Of a stretch of 64,000 bases of DNA, positions 30,364 through 40,934 are shown piece after piece. Source of the stretch: Candidatus Omnitrophota bacterium (GTDB taxonomy: Bacteria; Omnitrophota; Gorgyraeia; B26-G9); assembly GCA_018817165.1 (NCBI GenBank), contig JAHITY010000099.1, forward strand, positions 391 to 64,390. Reading direction: 5' to 3'. Numbering within the stretch: the stretch's first letter is position 1; the number at the start of each line of letters is the position of its first letter. Position numbers and translations under genes: made by a program. A model generated the notes under the pieces. It did not search any database, was not told where the DNA came from, and saw nothing but the letters and a program-made list of their open reading frames with translations.

Positions 30364-30930
30364 ATGAAAAAAATAAAAAACAATACAGAAGCAATATTAG
30401 ATAAATATGCATCGTATGCGGCACTGATTCCTGCTATTAGTTTAATCATTTTTATGCTAATGCATGCTTTTTTGGGAATTTTAAACTTTGCGCATGATAT
30501 TTCAAGAATGATTAATACCCGAGATTTCGGCAATTTTCATCCTCAATCGCTCATATGGCTAGAGGTAGTAGCAACTATTATAATTCTCCTTAAAGCTTAT
30601 AAAGTTTTAATGTCTTATGTGAAAAATCACCATCTTATGCTTAAGGATTTATTAGAAATAACTTTTACTGCTTCCTGGTTAGAGCTTTTATTTAATGCTT
30701 CAAAATATGAATTAGATATGAAAATTATTTTTCTAGTTTTAGGATTATCAAGTATATTAATTTACTTAATATTCTATTCAAAAATAACGTCAATAAATGA
30801 ACTCTCCCATAAAAAAGAGGACGCTATAGCTAATTTTGAATCTTTTTCTCAAAAAAATGAAAGTAATAGAATAATACGGGACATCTATTGGAACCGCAAA
30901 AAGCATGTGGATTCCCGGGACTTCTTTTGA
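30364..30930 (+). CDS. PsiE-like 4-TM membrane protein; 3' end formed by a folE2-like fragment
   Basis: 4 hydrophobic segments; last ~50 nt duplicate 24995-25047. Confidence 0.55.
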   Translation: MKKIKNNTEAILDKYASYAALIPAISLIIFMLMHAFLGILNFAHDISRMINTRDFGNFHPQSLIWLEVVATIIILLKAYKVLMSYVKNHHLMLKDLLEITFTASWLELLFNASKYELDMKIIFLVLGLSSILIYLIFYSKITSINELSHKKEDAIANFESFSQKNESNRIIRDIYWNRKKHVDSRDFF

Positions 30931-30954
30931 AGAAAATGAAATATAATAGTTGAT
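30878..30954 (+). repeat. Duplicate of the folE2-like 3' end (24995-25071)
   Basis: GGGACATCTATTGGAACCGCAAAAAGCATGTGGAT...GAAATATAATAGTTGAT in both places with few mismatches. Confidence 0.9.
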
Positions 30955-30984
30955 ATTTTTGATCTCAAACTTGAAACTAATTTA

Positions 30985-31033
30985 ACCGCGGAGTTAAAAA
31001 ATACGGGAGTCCTTTTGGGCTCCCTGTTTTTTT
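30985..31033 (+). mobile_element. Degenerate att scar plus family hairpin
   Basis: CCGCGGAGTTA-AAAAATA-CGGGAGTCC-TTTT-GGGCTCCC, same layout as 18131 and 21704. Confidence 0.55.
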
Positions 31034-31098
31034 AGAGTCTTTTGCTTTATCCTCCAGAAGCTCCCAAAGAAAAATCTTGACAGAATTATATTTTTGTT

Positions 31099-31134
31099 TT
31101 ATTATGTGAATGTGAAACCACATTCACATAATAA
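31099..31134. promoter_or_regulatory. TetR operator, perfect 16-bp inverted repeat
   Basis: TTATTATGTGAATGTG-AAAC-CACATTCACATAATAA between TTGACA and the tetR start. Confidence 0.85.
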
Positions 31135-31148
31135 TAGCGGGAGAGTTA

Positions 31149-31748
31149 ATGAAAAGCAGTAAAGAAAAAACAGTTGTCAGGCAAGCGCAGATAATTGCTG
31201 CTGCTCTAGATGTAATTGCCAAGGATGGTTTTAAAGGTTTAACGATTGCGGCTATTGCCAAGAAAGTCGGTATTACCAATAGCAATGTTTATCGCCATTT
31301 TTCCGGCAGAGAAGCGATTGTTGAGGCAATCGTGAGCGAAGTTGAGATTAGTTTGCAAAAGATAATAAGTGAGGCATGTAGTAAAAATAATTTGCCTAGC
31401 CAATGTCTTGAGAATATTTTTTTGAAACACATTGAATTTTTAGAGACGCATAGAGGAATACCGCGGGTTATTTTCTCTGATGAAATGTATTCAGGGAATG
31501 AATTGCTAATTAGGAGGTTAAGGGGAATTGTTAAGCAGTACATGGGGGGAATAAAGAAGGTATTGAAAAAAGGGGTAGAGGAAAAAGAATTTGACTCAGG
31601 GTTAGATATTGATGCCGCGGCTATGACTTTTATGGGGTTTATTCAATCAACAGCTTTACAATGGATTTTATTTCGCTATTCGTTTTCTCCCAAAAAAAGA
31701 GGTAAAAAGATATGGAAAATATATTTAAGAGGAATATACTCAAGATAA
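31149..31748 (+). CDS. TetR/AcrR regulator
   Basis: LTIAAIAKKVGITNSNVYRHF. Confidence 0.93.
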   Translation: MKSSKEKTVVRQAQIIAAALDVIAKDGFKGLTIAAIAKKVGITNSNVYRHFSGREAIVEAIVSEVEISLQKIISEACSKNNLPSQCLENIFLKHIEFLETHRGIPRVIFSDEMYSGNELLIRRLRGIVKQYMGGIKKVLKKGVEEKEFDSGLDIDAAAMTFMGFIQSTALQWILFRYSFSPKKRGKKIWKIYLRGIYSR

Positions 31749-33085
31749 TCAGCCTGGTTTTTCTCGGGACAATTGGTTTTGGTTCATGTTTATATGCTGA
31801 GATCATCGAAATCAGGCAAGTTTCTTTGTCTTTAGAGGATGCGATCTCATTGGCTTTTAAGAATAATAAAGATATTCTTATCCAGGAAAATGAAATCAAA
31901 GCCGCGAAAGCGAGGATTTTAGGAGCAAGAGGTGAATTTTTGCCAAAGGTTAATATTAATGGTGGCTATACGCACAGAGATTCAGTGATGAATTTGGGCG
32001 CGGCACAAGCCAGTAATTCAGATAAAGACCCTGGCGTGTTTGTGGGATATGAAGATGAAAAAAGGGTCGGCGTATCTGTAGAACAGGCACTATTTAAAGG
32101 TGGGAAGAATATCGCGAATTTAAAACAAGCAAACTTGAGGCTTAAAGTTCAGAAAGAGAATCTGCGTTTACGAAAGCTGGCTGTTGAGTTTGAAACCCAG
32201 CGACTCTATTATGGGATACTTCTCGCTTATGAGACTGAACGCATAGCTCAAGAATTACTCGATCAGGCGCAAGCACATTATGAGATTGTTAAGAAAAAAT
32301 TCGAGCAGGGAGCGGTGTCAAAATTTGACCTGCTGCAATCAAAAGTTCAGGTTTCCAAAGTAGTGCCGCAGCTTGTGCGGGCTCAAAACGCGAAAGAATT
32401 GATAATTGAAGAGTTTAAGAAGTTAATCGGTATAGATAGAAAGGAAATTGTTTTATTTCAGGATAAGTTGACTTATTCCGCAATTGATATAGATGAAGCA
32501 AAATTTTTGCAACTGGCTTATGAGCGAAGGCCGGATGTAATCATAAAAGCCCTTGAGATCAAGATTGGACAGCAGGGAATTTTAGCGGCAAAGGCGAGCG
32601 GAAGACCAGGAGTTAATGCCGGGTTTAACTATGATTATAAATCAGATGATGCCGAAGCGCTTTTTAACTCAAGGCATAATAATTGGAATATTGGGATTTC
32701 CATAAGTATTCCTGTGTTTGACGGCTTTTCAGCTAAGGCAAAGGTCGATGAAGCAAAAGCAAAATACGCGCAGGCAGAGTTGAGTAAGCAAGACGCGGCA
32801 GAAACAGTTTCGTTGGAAGTGAGCCAGGGAGTATTAAATCTAATTCAAGCCCAGGCAATTATTGAATCACAGCAAGACAGCGTTGAAGCAGCCAAGGAAG
32901 CGGTAAAGATAGCAGAAGTCAGATATGAAAACGGCGGAGGGACAAATATTGATGTCTTAGATACGCAAATATCCTTGAGTCAGATAGAGGAAAATCTTAG
33001 CCAAGGAATTTACGAGTATCTTATGGGGCATGCCTATTTAAATAAAACTATGGGCGTTAATTTATTTGAGGAGGAGACAAAATGA
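31712..33085 (+). CDS. TolC-family outer-membrane efflux protein
   Basis: LSLEDAI..A..NN, FLPKV, IPVFDG. Confidence 0.9.
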   Translation: MENIFKRNILKIISLVFLGTIGFGSCLYAEIIEIRQVSLSLEDAISLAFKNNKDILIQENEIKAAKARILGARGEFLPKVNINGGYTHRDSVMNLGAAQASNSDKDPGVFVGYEDEKRVGVSVEQALFKGGKNIANLKQANLRLKVQKENLRLRKLAVEFETQRLYYGILLAYETERIAQELLDQAQAHYEIVKKKFEQGAVSKFDLLQSKVQVSKVVPQLVRAQNAKELIIEEFKKLIGIDRKEIVLFQDKLTYSAIDIDEAKFLQLAYERRPDVIIKALEIKIGQQGILAAKASGRPGVNAGFNYDYKSDDAEALFNSRHNNWNIGISISIPVFDGFSAKAKVDEAKAKYAQAELSKQDAAETVSLEVSQGVLNLIQAQAIIESQQDSVEAAKEAVKIAEVRYENGGGTNIDVLDTQISLSQIEENLSQGIYEYLMGHAYLNKTMGVNLFEEETK

Positions 33086-33912
33086 AGAAAAAAATAAAAA
33101 TAATTTTGATCATAGTAGTTATTGGCTTTATTTCGATAAATATTTTTAAGCATTTTCAAAATAAAACGGCTAGTGATTCTTTGCCTATTTCCGGGACAGT
33201 TGAGGCCACTGAGGTCCGCTTATCTTTTCAGGTGGGAGGAAAAATTAAAGAAATTCTGACAGATGAAGGTAAATTTGTCAAGCAGGGAGAAGTCTTGTCC
33301 AGCTTAGACAAAGAGGAGCTTGGGGCAATAAAAAAACAGTCAGAGGCAGCGTATGAAGAAGCGAAACTTAACTACGAAAGGCTGGAAGAGGATTATTCCC
33401 GCGCGGAAAATCTCTATAAAGCCGGGGCAGTGCCGCAACAACAACGAGATGCTGTAAAAACAAATTTCGGTGTTGCTAAAGCCAAAATGGAGACGCTGCA
33501 ATCATCTTTGGATTTGACAAATTTAAGATTAAGCTACGCGGATTTACGTTCACCTTTAGACAGTTTTATTCTGGTGAAGAGTGCTGAAGTGGGGGAAGTT
33601 ATTCAGCCGGGGGCTTCGGTTTTTACCGTGATTGATTTAAAGAATGTATGGATTACGGGATATATCAATGAAACAGATTTGGGTAAAGTTAAACTTAATC
33701 AGGAGGCGAATATTCAGATAGATACTTATCCGAATAAGAAATATAAGGGAAGGGTGTCATTTATTTCTCAACAGTCGGAATTTACGCCCAAATATATTCA
33801 GACAGTTGAAGAAAGAACCAAACTTGTGTATCGGATTAAGATCAATGTAGATAATTCTGATTTTGAATTAAAGCCGGGAATGCCAGCGGATGCTTATATC
33901 CAAATAAGGTGA
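33082..33912 (+). CDS. HlyD/YbhG-family membrane fusion protein
   Basis: SGTVEA, EFTPK, LKPGMPAD. Confidence 0.9.
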   Translation: MKKKIKIILIIVVIGFISINIFKHFQNKTASDSLPISGTVEATEVRLSFQVGGKIKEILTDEGKFVKQGEVLSSLDKEELGAIKKQSEAAYEEAKLNYERLEEDYSRAENLYKAGAVPQQQRDAVKTNFGVAKAKMETLQSSLDLTNLRLSYADLRSPLDSFILVKSAEVGEVIQPGASVFTVIDLKNVWITGYINETDLGKVKLNQEANIQIDTYPNKKYKGRVSFISQQSEFTPKYIQTVEERTKLVYRIKINVDNSDFELKPGMPADAYIQIR

Positions 33913-33919
33913 GCAATAA

Positions 33920-34648
33920 ATGATTAAAACAAATAGATTAACTCGAAAGTTTGCTAATGTGAAGGCGGTTGATGCTCTGTCACTTGAAATCCCCAAGGGA
34001 GAAATTTTTGGTTTGGTCGGTCCTGACGGTGCCGGTAAAACTACGACGATGCGCTTGTTAACCGGCATCTTAGAGCCGACAAGCGGTCAGGCGTGGGTAA
34101 ACGGAAGCGACATTGTCAAAGACTCTGAGAAAATAAAAGAAAATATTGCCTATATGTCGCAACGCTTTGGGCTATACGGGGATTTGACCGTAATGGAAAA
34201 TATTAATTTTTACGCGGACATTTATTCTGTTCCGGCAAAAGAAAGGCCTGAGCAAATAAAGCGGCTTTTGAATTTTTCAAATTTAACGCCGTTTAAGGAT
34301 AGGCTGGCCCGGAACCTTTCGGGCGGGATGAAACAAAAACTGGGGCTTGCTTGCGCGCTTGTGCACACTCCGCAAGTTCTTTTCTTGGATGAACCGACGA
34401 ATGGGGTTGACCCTGTCTCCCGAAGAGATTTTTGGCGAATCCTTTATCAGCTTTTAAAAGAAAAAGTGACGATATTTTATTCAACGGCCTATTTAGATGA
34501 AGCCGAGCGGTGTAAAAGAGTCGGGCTTATCCATAAAGGTAGGCTGCTTCGATGTGATGTTCCTTTGAATATAAAAAAAGAAAGAAACGCTAAAACTCTT
34601 GAGCAAGCATTTATCTCTATCATAAGCGAGTATAAAGATGAAAAGTGA
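33920..34648 (+). CDS. ABC ATP-binding protein (YbhF-like)
   Basis: GPDGAGKTT, LSGGMKQ, LDEPT. Confidence 0.95.
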   Translation: MIKTNRLTRKFANVKAVDALSLEIPKGEIFGLVGPDGAGKTTTMRLLTGILEPTSGQAWVNGSDIVKDSEKIKENIAYMSQRFGLYGDLTVMENINFYADIYSVPAKERPEQIKRLLNFSNLTPFKDRLARNLSGGMKQKLGLACALVHTPQVLFLDEPTNGVDPVSRRDFWRILYQLLKEKVTIFYSTAYLDEAERCKRVGLIHKGRLLRCDVPLNIKKERNAKTLEQAFISIISEYKDEK

Positions 34649-35591
34649 AAAAGCAGTTGAAGTCATAAATCTAGAAAAAAAATTCGGAAAGTTTACAGCG
34701 GTCAACCGAATTAGTTTTGCGGTCAATAAAGGGGAAATTTTTGGTTTTCTCGGGCCTAATGGCGCGGGAAAATCGACGACGATTAGGATGTTGTGCGGGA
34801 TTCTTTCTCCCACGTCAGGCGATGGGCATGTGGGAGGCAACAATATTATAAAAGAACAAGAAGCGATAAAACAAAACATTGGATATATGTCACAGAAGTT
34901 TTCTTTGTATGATGATCTGACTGTTGAGGAAAATATTAACTTTTATAGCGGGATATACCGAATAAGTGATCAAAAAAAAGCGGAAAGAAAAGAGTGGGTT
35001 ATTAAAATGGCCGGGCTAGAGGATCTAAGGTCCAGCCGGACAGCGATTCTTGCCGGAGGATGGAAACAGCGTCTGGCCTTGGGGTGCGCAATTATTCATG
35101 AACCCAAAATCGTATTCTTAGATGAACCGACATCCGGGGTTGATCCGATATCCCGACGCGATTTTTGGATACTTATTAAGGAAATGGCGAAAAATGGGGT
35201 AACGGTTTTTGTGACAACGCATTATATGGATGAAGCGGAAAATTGTAATCGGATAGCGCTGATCTATAAAGGTAATATTATTGCTTTGGGCAGTCCGCAT
35301 GAATTAAAAACTGAAATTATGCGGGAAGAGGTGTTAGAAATAATAATTGATACTCCGGAGGATTGGATTGAACGTTTGATGAAGCTGGAAGTTGTTAAAG
35401 AGATTGCTTTGTTTGGAAACGCGCTTCACGCGGTTGTGGAAAACGCTGAATTGTCTATACCGCTGATCAAAGACTTTTTAACAAATGAGAAAGCGAGTAA
35501 TTATAAGATCGAAAAGATTGAACCATCTTTGGAAGATGTGTTTGTTTCACTGATCGAGTCTTATGATAAAAATGAGGAAAAGATAAAGTGA
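34638..35591 (+). CDS. ABC ATP-binding protein (YbhF-like)
   Basis: GPNGAGKST, LDEPT, TTHYMDEA. Confidence 0.95.
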   Translation: MKSEKAVEVINLEKKFGKFTAVNRISFAVNKGEIFGFLGPNGAGKSTTIRMLCGILSPTSGDGHVGGNNIIKEQEAIKQNIGYMSQKFSLYDDLTVEENINFYSGIYRISDQKKAERKEWVIKMAGLEDLRSSRTAILAGGWKQRLALGCAIIHEPKIVFLDEPTSGVDPISRRDFWILIKEMAKNGVTVFVTTHYMDEAENCNRIALIYKGNIIALGSPHELKTEIMREEVLEIIIDTPEDWIERLMKLEVVKEIALFGNALHAVVENAELSIPLIKDFLTNEKASNYKIEKIEPSLEDVFVSLIESYDKNEEKIK

Positions 35592-36718
35592 ATTTAATCA
35601 GAGTTAAGGCTATTGCCCAAAAAGAATTTATTCATATTTTCCGTGATCCAAGGAGCCTGGGGATGGCGATTGCTATCCCAATGCTTTTATTGATTTTATT
35701 TGGTTATGCCTTGACCTTAGATGTGGATAATGTCCCATTGGTGATATGGGACCAGGATAAAACACAAATGTCGCAAGATTACATTTTGGATTTTAAAAAT
35801 TCGCCGTATTTTAATATCGTCGGATATTTTGAGGGATATCAAGATCTTCAGGCAGCTATTGATAAAAATCAGGCGCTGATGGCCATGGTTGTTCCCACTG
35901 ATTTTTCTCGGCGAATTGAATCTAATCAGAATACGCCGGTGCAACTTTTGGTTGATGGCAGTGATTCAAACACCGCGACGATTGCTATCGGGTATGTTAC
36001 CGCGGTTACTGCGAAATATAATAAGAATCTTATTGTTAATGAGTTGTCGCAGTTAGGGATTAAAGATATGACGCCTATCGATATGCGCTCAAGGGTTTGG
36101 TTTAATGCTGATTTAAAGAGTAGAAATTACATTATTCCGGGACTTATTGCCGTGATTATGATGGTTATCGCCGCCTTGTTGACGTCATTAACTGTGGCTA
36201 AAGAATGGGAATCCGGAACAATGGAACAGCTGATCTCAACCCCGGTTAAATCAAATGAACTTATTCTGGGAAAACTCATTCCTTATTTTACGATTGGGCT
36301 GTTTGATGTTGTTGTAGCGGTCGCGATGGGGCAGTTTTTATTTCATGTGCCATTACGGGGAAATGTGGCTTTGCTGTTTATTTTAAGCGGATTCTTTTTG
36401 GTCGGGGCATTGAGTTTGGGGATGCTTATTTCTATTGTGACTAAGAATCAACTTGTGGCAAGTCAGTTGGCCATGGTTACGACATTCTTGCCCGCGTTTT
36501 TACTCTCGGGGTTTATGTATTCTATCGCGAATATGCCCAAAGCCATACAAGTGTTAACACATCTTATTCCGGCACGCTATTTTGTTGTAATTTTGAAAGG
36601 GATTTATTTAAAAGGGGTGGGAATGAAAGTCCTGGGTATACAGGTTTTTTATTTGTTTTTGTTCGCTGTTATTGTTCTGAATGTTGCCAATAGAAAATTC
36701 AAAAAGAAGGTCGGCTAA
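35588..36718 (+). CDS. ABC-2 permease (YbhS-like)
   Basis: KEFIHIFRD, EWESGTMEQL. Confidence 0.92.
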   Translation: MNLIRVKAIAQKEFIHIFRDPRSLGMAIAIPMLLLILFGYALTLDVDNVPLVIWDQDKTQMSQDYILDFKNSPYFNIVGYFEGYQDLQAAIDKNQALMAMVVPTDFSRRIESNQNTPVQLLVDGSDSNTATIAIGYVTAVTAKYNKNLIVNELSQLGIKDMTPIDMRSRVWFNADLKSRNYIIPGLIAVIMMVIAALLTSLTVAKEWESGTMEQLISTPVKSNELILGKLIPYFTIGLFDVVVAVAMGQFLFHVPLRGNVALLFILSGFFLVGALSLGMLISIVTKNQLVASQLAMVTTFLPAFLLSGFMYSIANMPKAIQVLTHLIPARYFVVILKGIYLKGVGMKVLGIQVFYLFLFAVIVLNVANRKFKKKVG

Positions 36719-37849
36719 ATGTTTGAACGGATAAAACATATTCTTATCAAAGAATTTATTCAGATCTTTCGCGATCCGCGGATGAAAGCGGTTATATTTA
36801 TCATGCCGCTTATCCAAGTCATGGTGTTTGGCTATGCTGTTACCACGGATGTTAAGGATATTTCAACCGCGATTTATGACTTAGATCAATCCGCACAGAG
36901 TCGAAGCTTAATCAGGGAATTTACTTATTCGGGGTATTTTGATCTGAAGCGAAATATTACTACAGATAAAGAACAGGAGAGTTTGATAGATAAATCGTTT
37001 GTTAATGCGGTTATTCGGATTAATCGGGGATTTGCCCAAGACCTTGGCGCAAATAGGACGGCGCAGGTGCAGTTAATCGTTGATGGAACGGATTCTAATA
37101 CAGCGTCGATAATATTAAATTATGCTAATCAGATTGTAGAAAAATATTCTTTGGGGATCCTGGATAAACGCGCTAAAACGCTGCTGCACAGACCTAATGA
37201 TTTTCCGAAAATTGAGCTTAAGACCCGGGCATGGTTTAATGATAATTTGGAATCAAGGAATTTTTATGTTCCGGGGGTTATCGCCCTGATCGTAATGCTG
37301 ATCACGCTGCTTTTGACATCGATGGCTATAGTGCGGGAAAAAGAAATTGGAACGATCGAACAGCTGATCGTTAGCCCTATCCGCTCTTATGAACTGATTA
37401 TTGGTAAGCTGCTGCCTTTTGCGGTAATAGGCTTAGTCGACGCGGTCTTAGTAACATTAGTCGGGGTCTTGTGGTTTAAGGTGCCGATTCAAGGAAATAT
37501 CCTTCTGCTCTTTGGTTCAACTTGTTTATATCTTTTAACTACTTTAGGTATTGGATTATTTATATCGACATTAGCCTCAACTCAGCAGGAAGCGATGATG
37601 TCGACTTTTTTCTTTTATTTTCCGGCGGTGCTGCTTTCGGGATTTATGTTCCCCATCGCGAATATGCCAAAAATAATTCAATATGTCACTTATCTTAATC
37701 CGCTGAGGTATTTTTTGGTTATTCTTAGAGGGATTTTTCTGAAAGGCAGCGGCTTTAATATTTTATGGCCGCAAATGCTGGCGCTTTTGATTATGGGGGT
37801 GGGGATTCTTATTTTGAGTTCAATGAGATTTCAGAAGCGGTTGGGATAG
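36719..37849 (+). CDS. ABC-2 permease (YbhR-like)
   Basis: KEFIQIFRD, REKEIGTIEQL. Confidence 0.92.
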   Translation: MFERIKHILIKEFIQIFRDPRMKAVIFIMPLIQVMVFGYAVTTDVKDISTAIYDLDQSAQSRSLIREFTYSGYFDLKRNITTDKEQESLIDKSFVNAVIRINRGFAQDLGANRTAQVQLIVDGTDSNTASIILNYANQIVEKYSLGILDKRAKTLLHRPNDFPKIELKTRAWFNDNLESRNFYVPGVIALIVMLITLLLTSMAIVREKEIGTIEQLIVSPIRSYELIIGKLLPFAVIGLVDAVLVTLVGVLWFKVPIQGNILLLFGSTCLYLLTTLGIGLFISTLASTQQEAMMSTFFFYFPAVLLSGFMFPIANMPKIIQYVTYLNPLRYFLVILRGIFLKGSGFNILWPQMLALLIMGVGILILSSMRFQKRLG

Positions 37850-38101
37850 TTTTATAATTAAAAAACTCATTCAGCATTAAAAGTAAAAATGTACGCGATG
37901 GTCATTCTGTTGAATTTACGTGTTCTGTGGTGGGGAATTGTTTAAATTTAAAATATAAAGTGCGCGTCGTAGGATGTAAGTATCATGGTTTCTGAAGTCA
38001 TAAATATTTGTAAATAAATGTTTTGCATTGTTAAAATACGTCGTGGAATAAGCTTTTTGACAGTTTGATGGAGCAGCTGTAAACTAAAAATATAGCTATG
38101 A

Positions 38102-38184
38102 AGTCCCGAGTTGAGAAGGAAGAAATCCCGGACTATAAAAAAGTAAAACCTTCGTCAAGAAAAAACGGAGGTTATTTTATTTTC
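38102..38184 (+). promoter_or_regulatory. Conserved leader motif plus terminator-like hairpin (copy 2)
   Basis: AGTCCCGAG..GAAGGAAGAAATCCCGGAC..AAAACCTTCGT..ACGGAGGTT, downstream of TTGACA-N17-TAAACT. Confidence 0.55.
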
Positions 38185-38226
38185 AGATAAAATCCTAATG
38201 AAATTAGAATGTGCAGGGGTTGGTCA

Positions 38227-38727
38227 ATGGAAAACATTTCAAAAATATTTAATCAACAAACAATAACCGGATTAGCATTGCTGTTTTCTTTTATGATCAA
38301 TCGTAAAAAAACATTTCTGGCGGTTAAGATAGCTTATAAGAAATTGATAGATATTTTGCCTGCATTTTTGTTTATGTTAATTTTCATCTCGATCACTCTT
38401 TTTATTTTTCCTAGTGAAAATCTTGCAAATTATTTTGGGAAAGAGAATCAATTTCAGGGAGTTCTTTTGGCATTATTTTTGGGCTCTGTGACTTTGGTAC
38501 CGGGGTTTATCGCCTTTCCGTTATGCGGTATTCTATTGAAAGAAGGGGTTTCTTATACGATTTTGTCGGCTTTTACGACAAGCTTAATGATGGTCGGCGT
38601 CTTGACTTATCCCATAGAGAAAAAATATTTTGGAAAAAGAGTGACGATTATAAGAAACAGCATTAGTCTTTTTATCGCGATTATTGTGGCAATTATTACA
38701 GGCATCTTTTTTGGGGAGATTTTCTGA
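38227..38727 (+). CDS. Permease subunit (ArsP/DUF318-like)
   Basis: GSVTLVPGFIAFP hydrophobic protein; coupled to the next gene. Confidence 0.7.
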   Translation: MENISKIFNQQTITGLALLFSFMINRKKTFLAVKIAYKKLIDILPAFLFMLIFISITLFIFPSENLANYFGKENQFQGVLLALFLGSVTLVPGFIAFPLCGILLKEGVSYTILSAFTTSLMMVGVLTYPIEKKYFGKRVTIIRNSISLFIAIIVAIITGIFFGEIF

Positions 38728-39254
38728 TGAAAAAATCTGTCTTGATTAAAATTTCGGGAATAATAATTTATTTTCTATTTTTAGGATTTTCTTATAGTTT
38801 TGGATTTAATCCGGGCAAAGAAATTGGATTTAACTTTTTTTCTTTTTCCAAAGAATTGCTGAAAATATTACCGTTTGCCTTTATTCTAATAGGATTATTT
38901 GAGGTATGGGTTAAAAAAGAAACAGTGGAAAAGCATTTAGGTCAAGATGCTGGTATCCTGGGATATCTTTGGGTGGTGTTGCTTGCCGGAACTGTCGTGG
39001 GCGGGTTATATGTCGCTTTTCCGATTGCGTATGCTCTGCGTAATAAAGGCGCAAGACTCAGCATTATTTTTACCTATATTGGAGCTTCGGCAATTGCCAG
39101 AGTGCCGATGACAATATTTGAAGCATCTTTTCTGGGGATTAGATTTACCGCAATAAGGCTAATCGTGTCCTTGCCTTTGGTGATTATGACTTCAATAATG
39201 TTAGAAAAGTATTTAGTAAAGAATAATTATAAGATGAAAGAACAAAACAATTAA
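38727..39254 (+). CDS. Permease subunit (ArsP/DUF318-like)
   Basis: GGLYVAFP, FEASFLG..F..R. Confidence 0.7.
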   Translation: MKKSVLIKISGIIIYFLFLGFSYSFGFNPGKEIGFNFFSFSKELLKILPFAFILIGLFEVWVKKETVEKHLGQDAGILGYLWVVLLAGTVVGGLYVAFPIAYALRNKGARLSIIFTYIGASAIARVPMTIFEASFLGIRFTAIRLIVSLPLVIMTSIMLEKYLVKNNYKMKEQNN

Positions 39255-39447
39255 TATTTATACCATAAAGTTTGATAAAAAATTTAAAGATGAACAATTA
39301 GAATTATTTATTCCGAGATCTCTGGATGTTTGGTTCGAGGTGTTTTTATGGGATTGTTTTTAGCGGAATTTTTTTAAAAGAAATAAAGTGATTTTTGATT
39401 GTGTTTGTATTATATTGAATCAGGAAAATTAAACCAGAGGGATTATA

Positions 39448-40344
39448 ATGACTTTGCCAAAGCATATAAGAAAAATAATAGAATACATTGTTATAATTTT
39501 TGCCGGTGCGCTTTATGCTGTGGCGATCAAGTATTTTATTTTTCCGTCACAGATTATCATGACAGGTACGGAAGGTTTTTCTATTGCCACTGCGTATTTT
39601 TTTGATAATCAAAGAATATTTATTTGGCTGTATTTGATTTTTCAGTCCATGCTGCTTATTTTCGCGTTTTATAAAATAGGCTTTCGTTTTGCCTTTAGGA
39701 CAGCGCTTGTCATAGGTGCTGTTGTTGGTTTGTTAAGCGTGCTTCCTGAATATCAGTTTGCCAGCCCTGAACCCCAGAATGAACGGATTATTTTGGTAAT
39801 CTTCGGCGGTATCCTTGCCGGTATTGCTAAAGCGATAGCTTTTCGTTGCGGGGCATCGACTGGTGATGAAGATGTGCTAGCGGCATATTTTTCAATGAAA
39901 TATTTAAAACCAGTGGGCAGTATCGCGGTCATAGCTGCTATTGTATCCACAGTTTTTGGTCTGGCTTTGGCTTTTATAAAAACTCATCAGATAGCGCCGG
40001 TTATAAATACTTTGATGTATACCGCTATTTATATATTCATGAGCGCTGAGACTTTGAACAATTTTTATCGTAAATTCAAGCTGGCCTTGATAAATGTAAT
40101 AGCAAAAGCTCCTGAAAAAATAGGGGAGAGTATTAATGCGGTATGCCCGCATCGGACATATACGATACAGGATGGGCATGGCGGTTATTTGAAAGGTAAT
40201 GTTAAGATACTCCGGGCAATTATTACTTTTGAGGAACTTCCCAGTATTGTGCGGGCTATTGAAAATGCCGACAAGAAGGCTTTCTTCTATTACAATCAAA
40301 TAGAAGGCGTATCTAAACATTATTATATCTCACCGATTCGGTAA
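39448..40344 (+). CDS. YitT-family membrane protein
   Basis: GASTGD.D, C-terminal soluble domain ending D..AF. Confidence 0.8.
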   Translation: MTLPKHIRKIIEYIVIIFAGALYAVAIKYFIFPSQIIMTGTEGFSIATAYFFDNQRIFIWLYLIFQSMLLIFAFYKIGFRFAFRTALVIGAVVGLLSVLPEYQFASPEPQNERIILVIFGGILAGIAKAIAFRCGASTGDEDVLAAYFSMKYLKPVGSIAVIAAIVSTVFGLALAFIKTHQIAPVINTLMYTAIYIFMSAETLNNFYRKFKLALINVIAKAPEKIGESINAVCPHRTYTIQDGHGGYLKGNVKILRAIITFEELPSIVRAIENADKKAFFYYNQIEGVSKHYYISPIR

Positions 40345-40467
40345 CTAGAAAATAATGGTCCTACGTTTAAAAGGTGTGAGTTTAATTTTTAGAGTTTTTA
40401 TTTTACCCCGCAAGGTCGAGAACCTCAAAAATATGAAGTGGGTTTAAAAAATATTTGACAAGCTTAT

Positions 40468-40494
40468 AAACTGATGCTATATTAGTATCAGTTT
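40468..40494. promoter_or_regulatory. Rrf2 operator (inverted repeat) in the promoter
   Basis: AAACTGATGCTA-TAT-TAGTATCAGTTT, 11/12 match, after TTGACA. Confidence 0.75.
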
Positions 40495-40504
40495 GGAGTG
40501 AGAA

Positions 40505-40933
40505 ATGAAACTATTGACTAAAAATACAGATTATGCGATCAGAGCGCTTATTGAATTGACTGTGCATAAAGAAGAATATTTATCCGCGCGCTCTATAGCA
40601 AATAAGCAAAAAATGCCTTTTCAATTCTTGAGAAGTATTATGCAGGAATTGATCAAATATAAGATCGTCTCTTCAAAAGAAGGGGTTAAAGGGGGACTTA
40701 AGTTAATAGCAGATCCTGCAAAAATAAAAATAGTTGATATTATTCGGATATTTCAAGGAGAAATCGAGCTTTCGGATTGTATGTTTCAGCAAAAGATATG
40801 TGAAAATCGAAAAACATGTGTATTGCGCAAAGAAATTAAAAGGATTGAAAAATTAGTAGAAAATGAATTTGGTAAATTAACTGTTAAGGGATTAGTCAAA
40901 AAAATCAGTAAACAAGAAAAAGGAGGTAAATGA
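40505..40933 (+). CDS. Rrf2-family regulator with three Cys
   Basis: [14 protein letters not shown]-x6-C-x5-C. Confidence 0.92.
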   Translation: MKLLTKNTDYAIRALIELTVHKEEYLSARSIANKQKMPFQFLRSIMQELIKYKIVSSKEGVKGGLKLIADPAKIKIVDIIRIFQGEIELSDCMFQQKICENRKTCVLRKEIKRIEKLVENEFGKLTVKGLVKKISKQEKGGK

Positions 40934-40934
40934 A

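Noticed and set aside
38102-38150. preQ1-I riboswitch (stem plus A-rich tail)
   Set aside because: Loop is too long, lacks the conserved UUC/CAC-type residues, and downstream genes are not queuosine related
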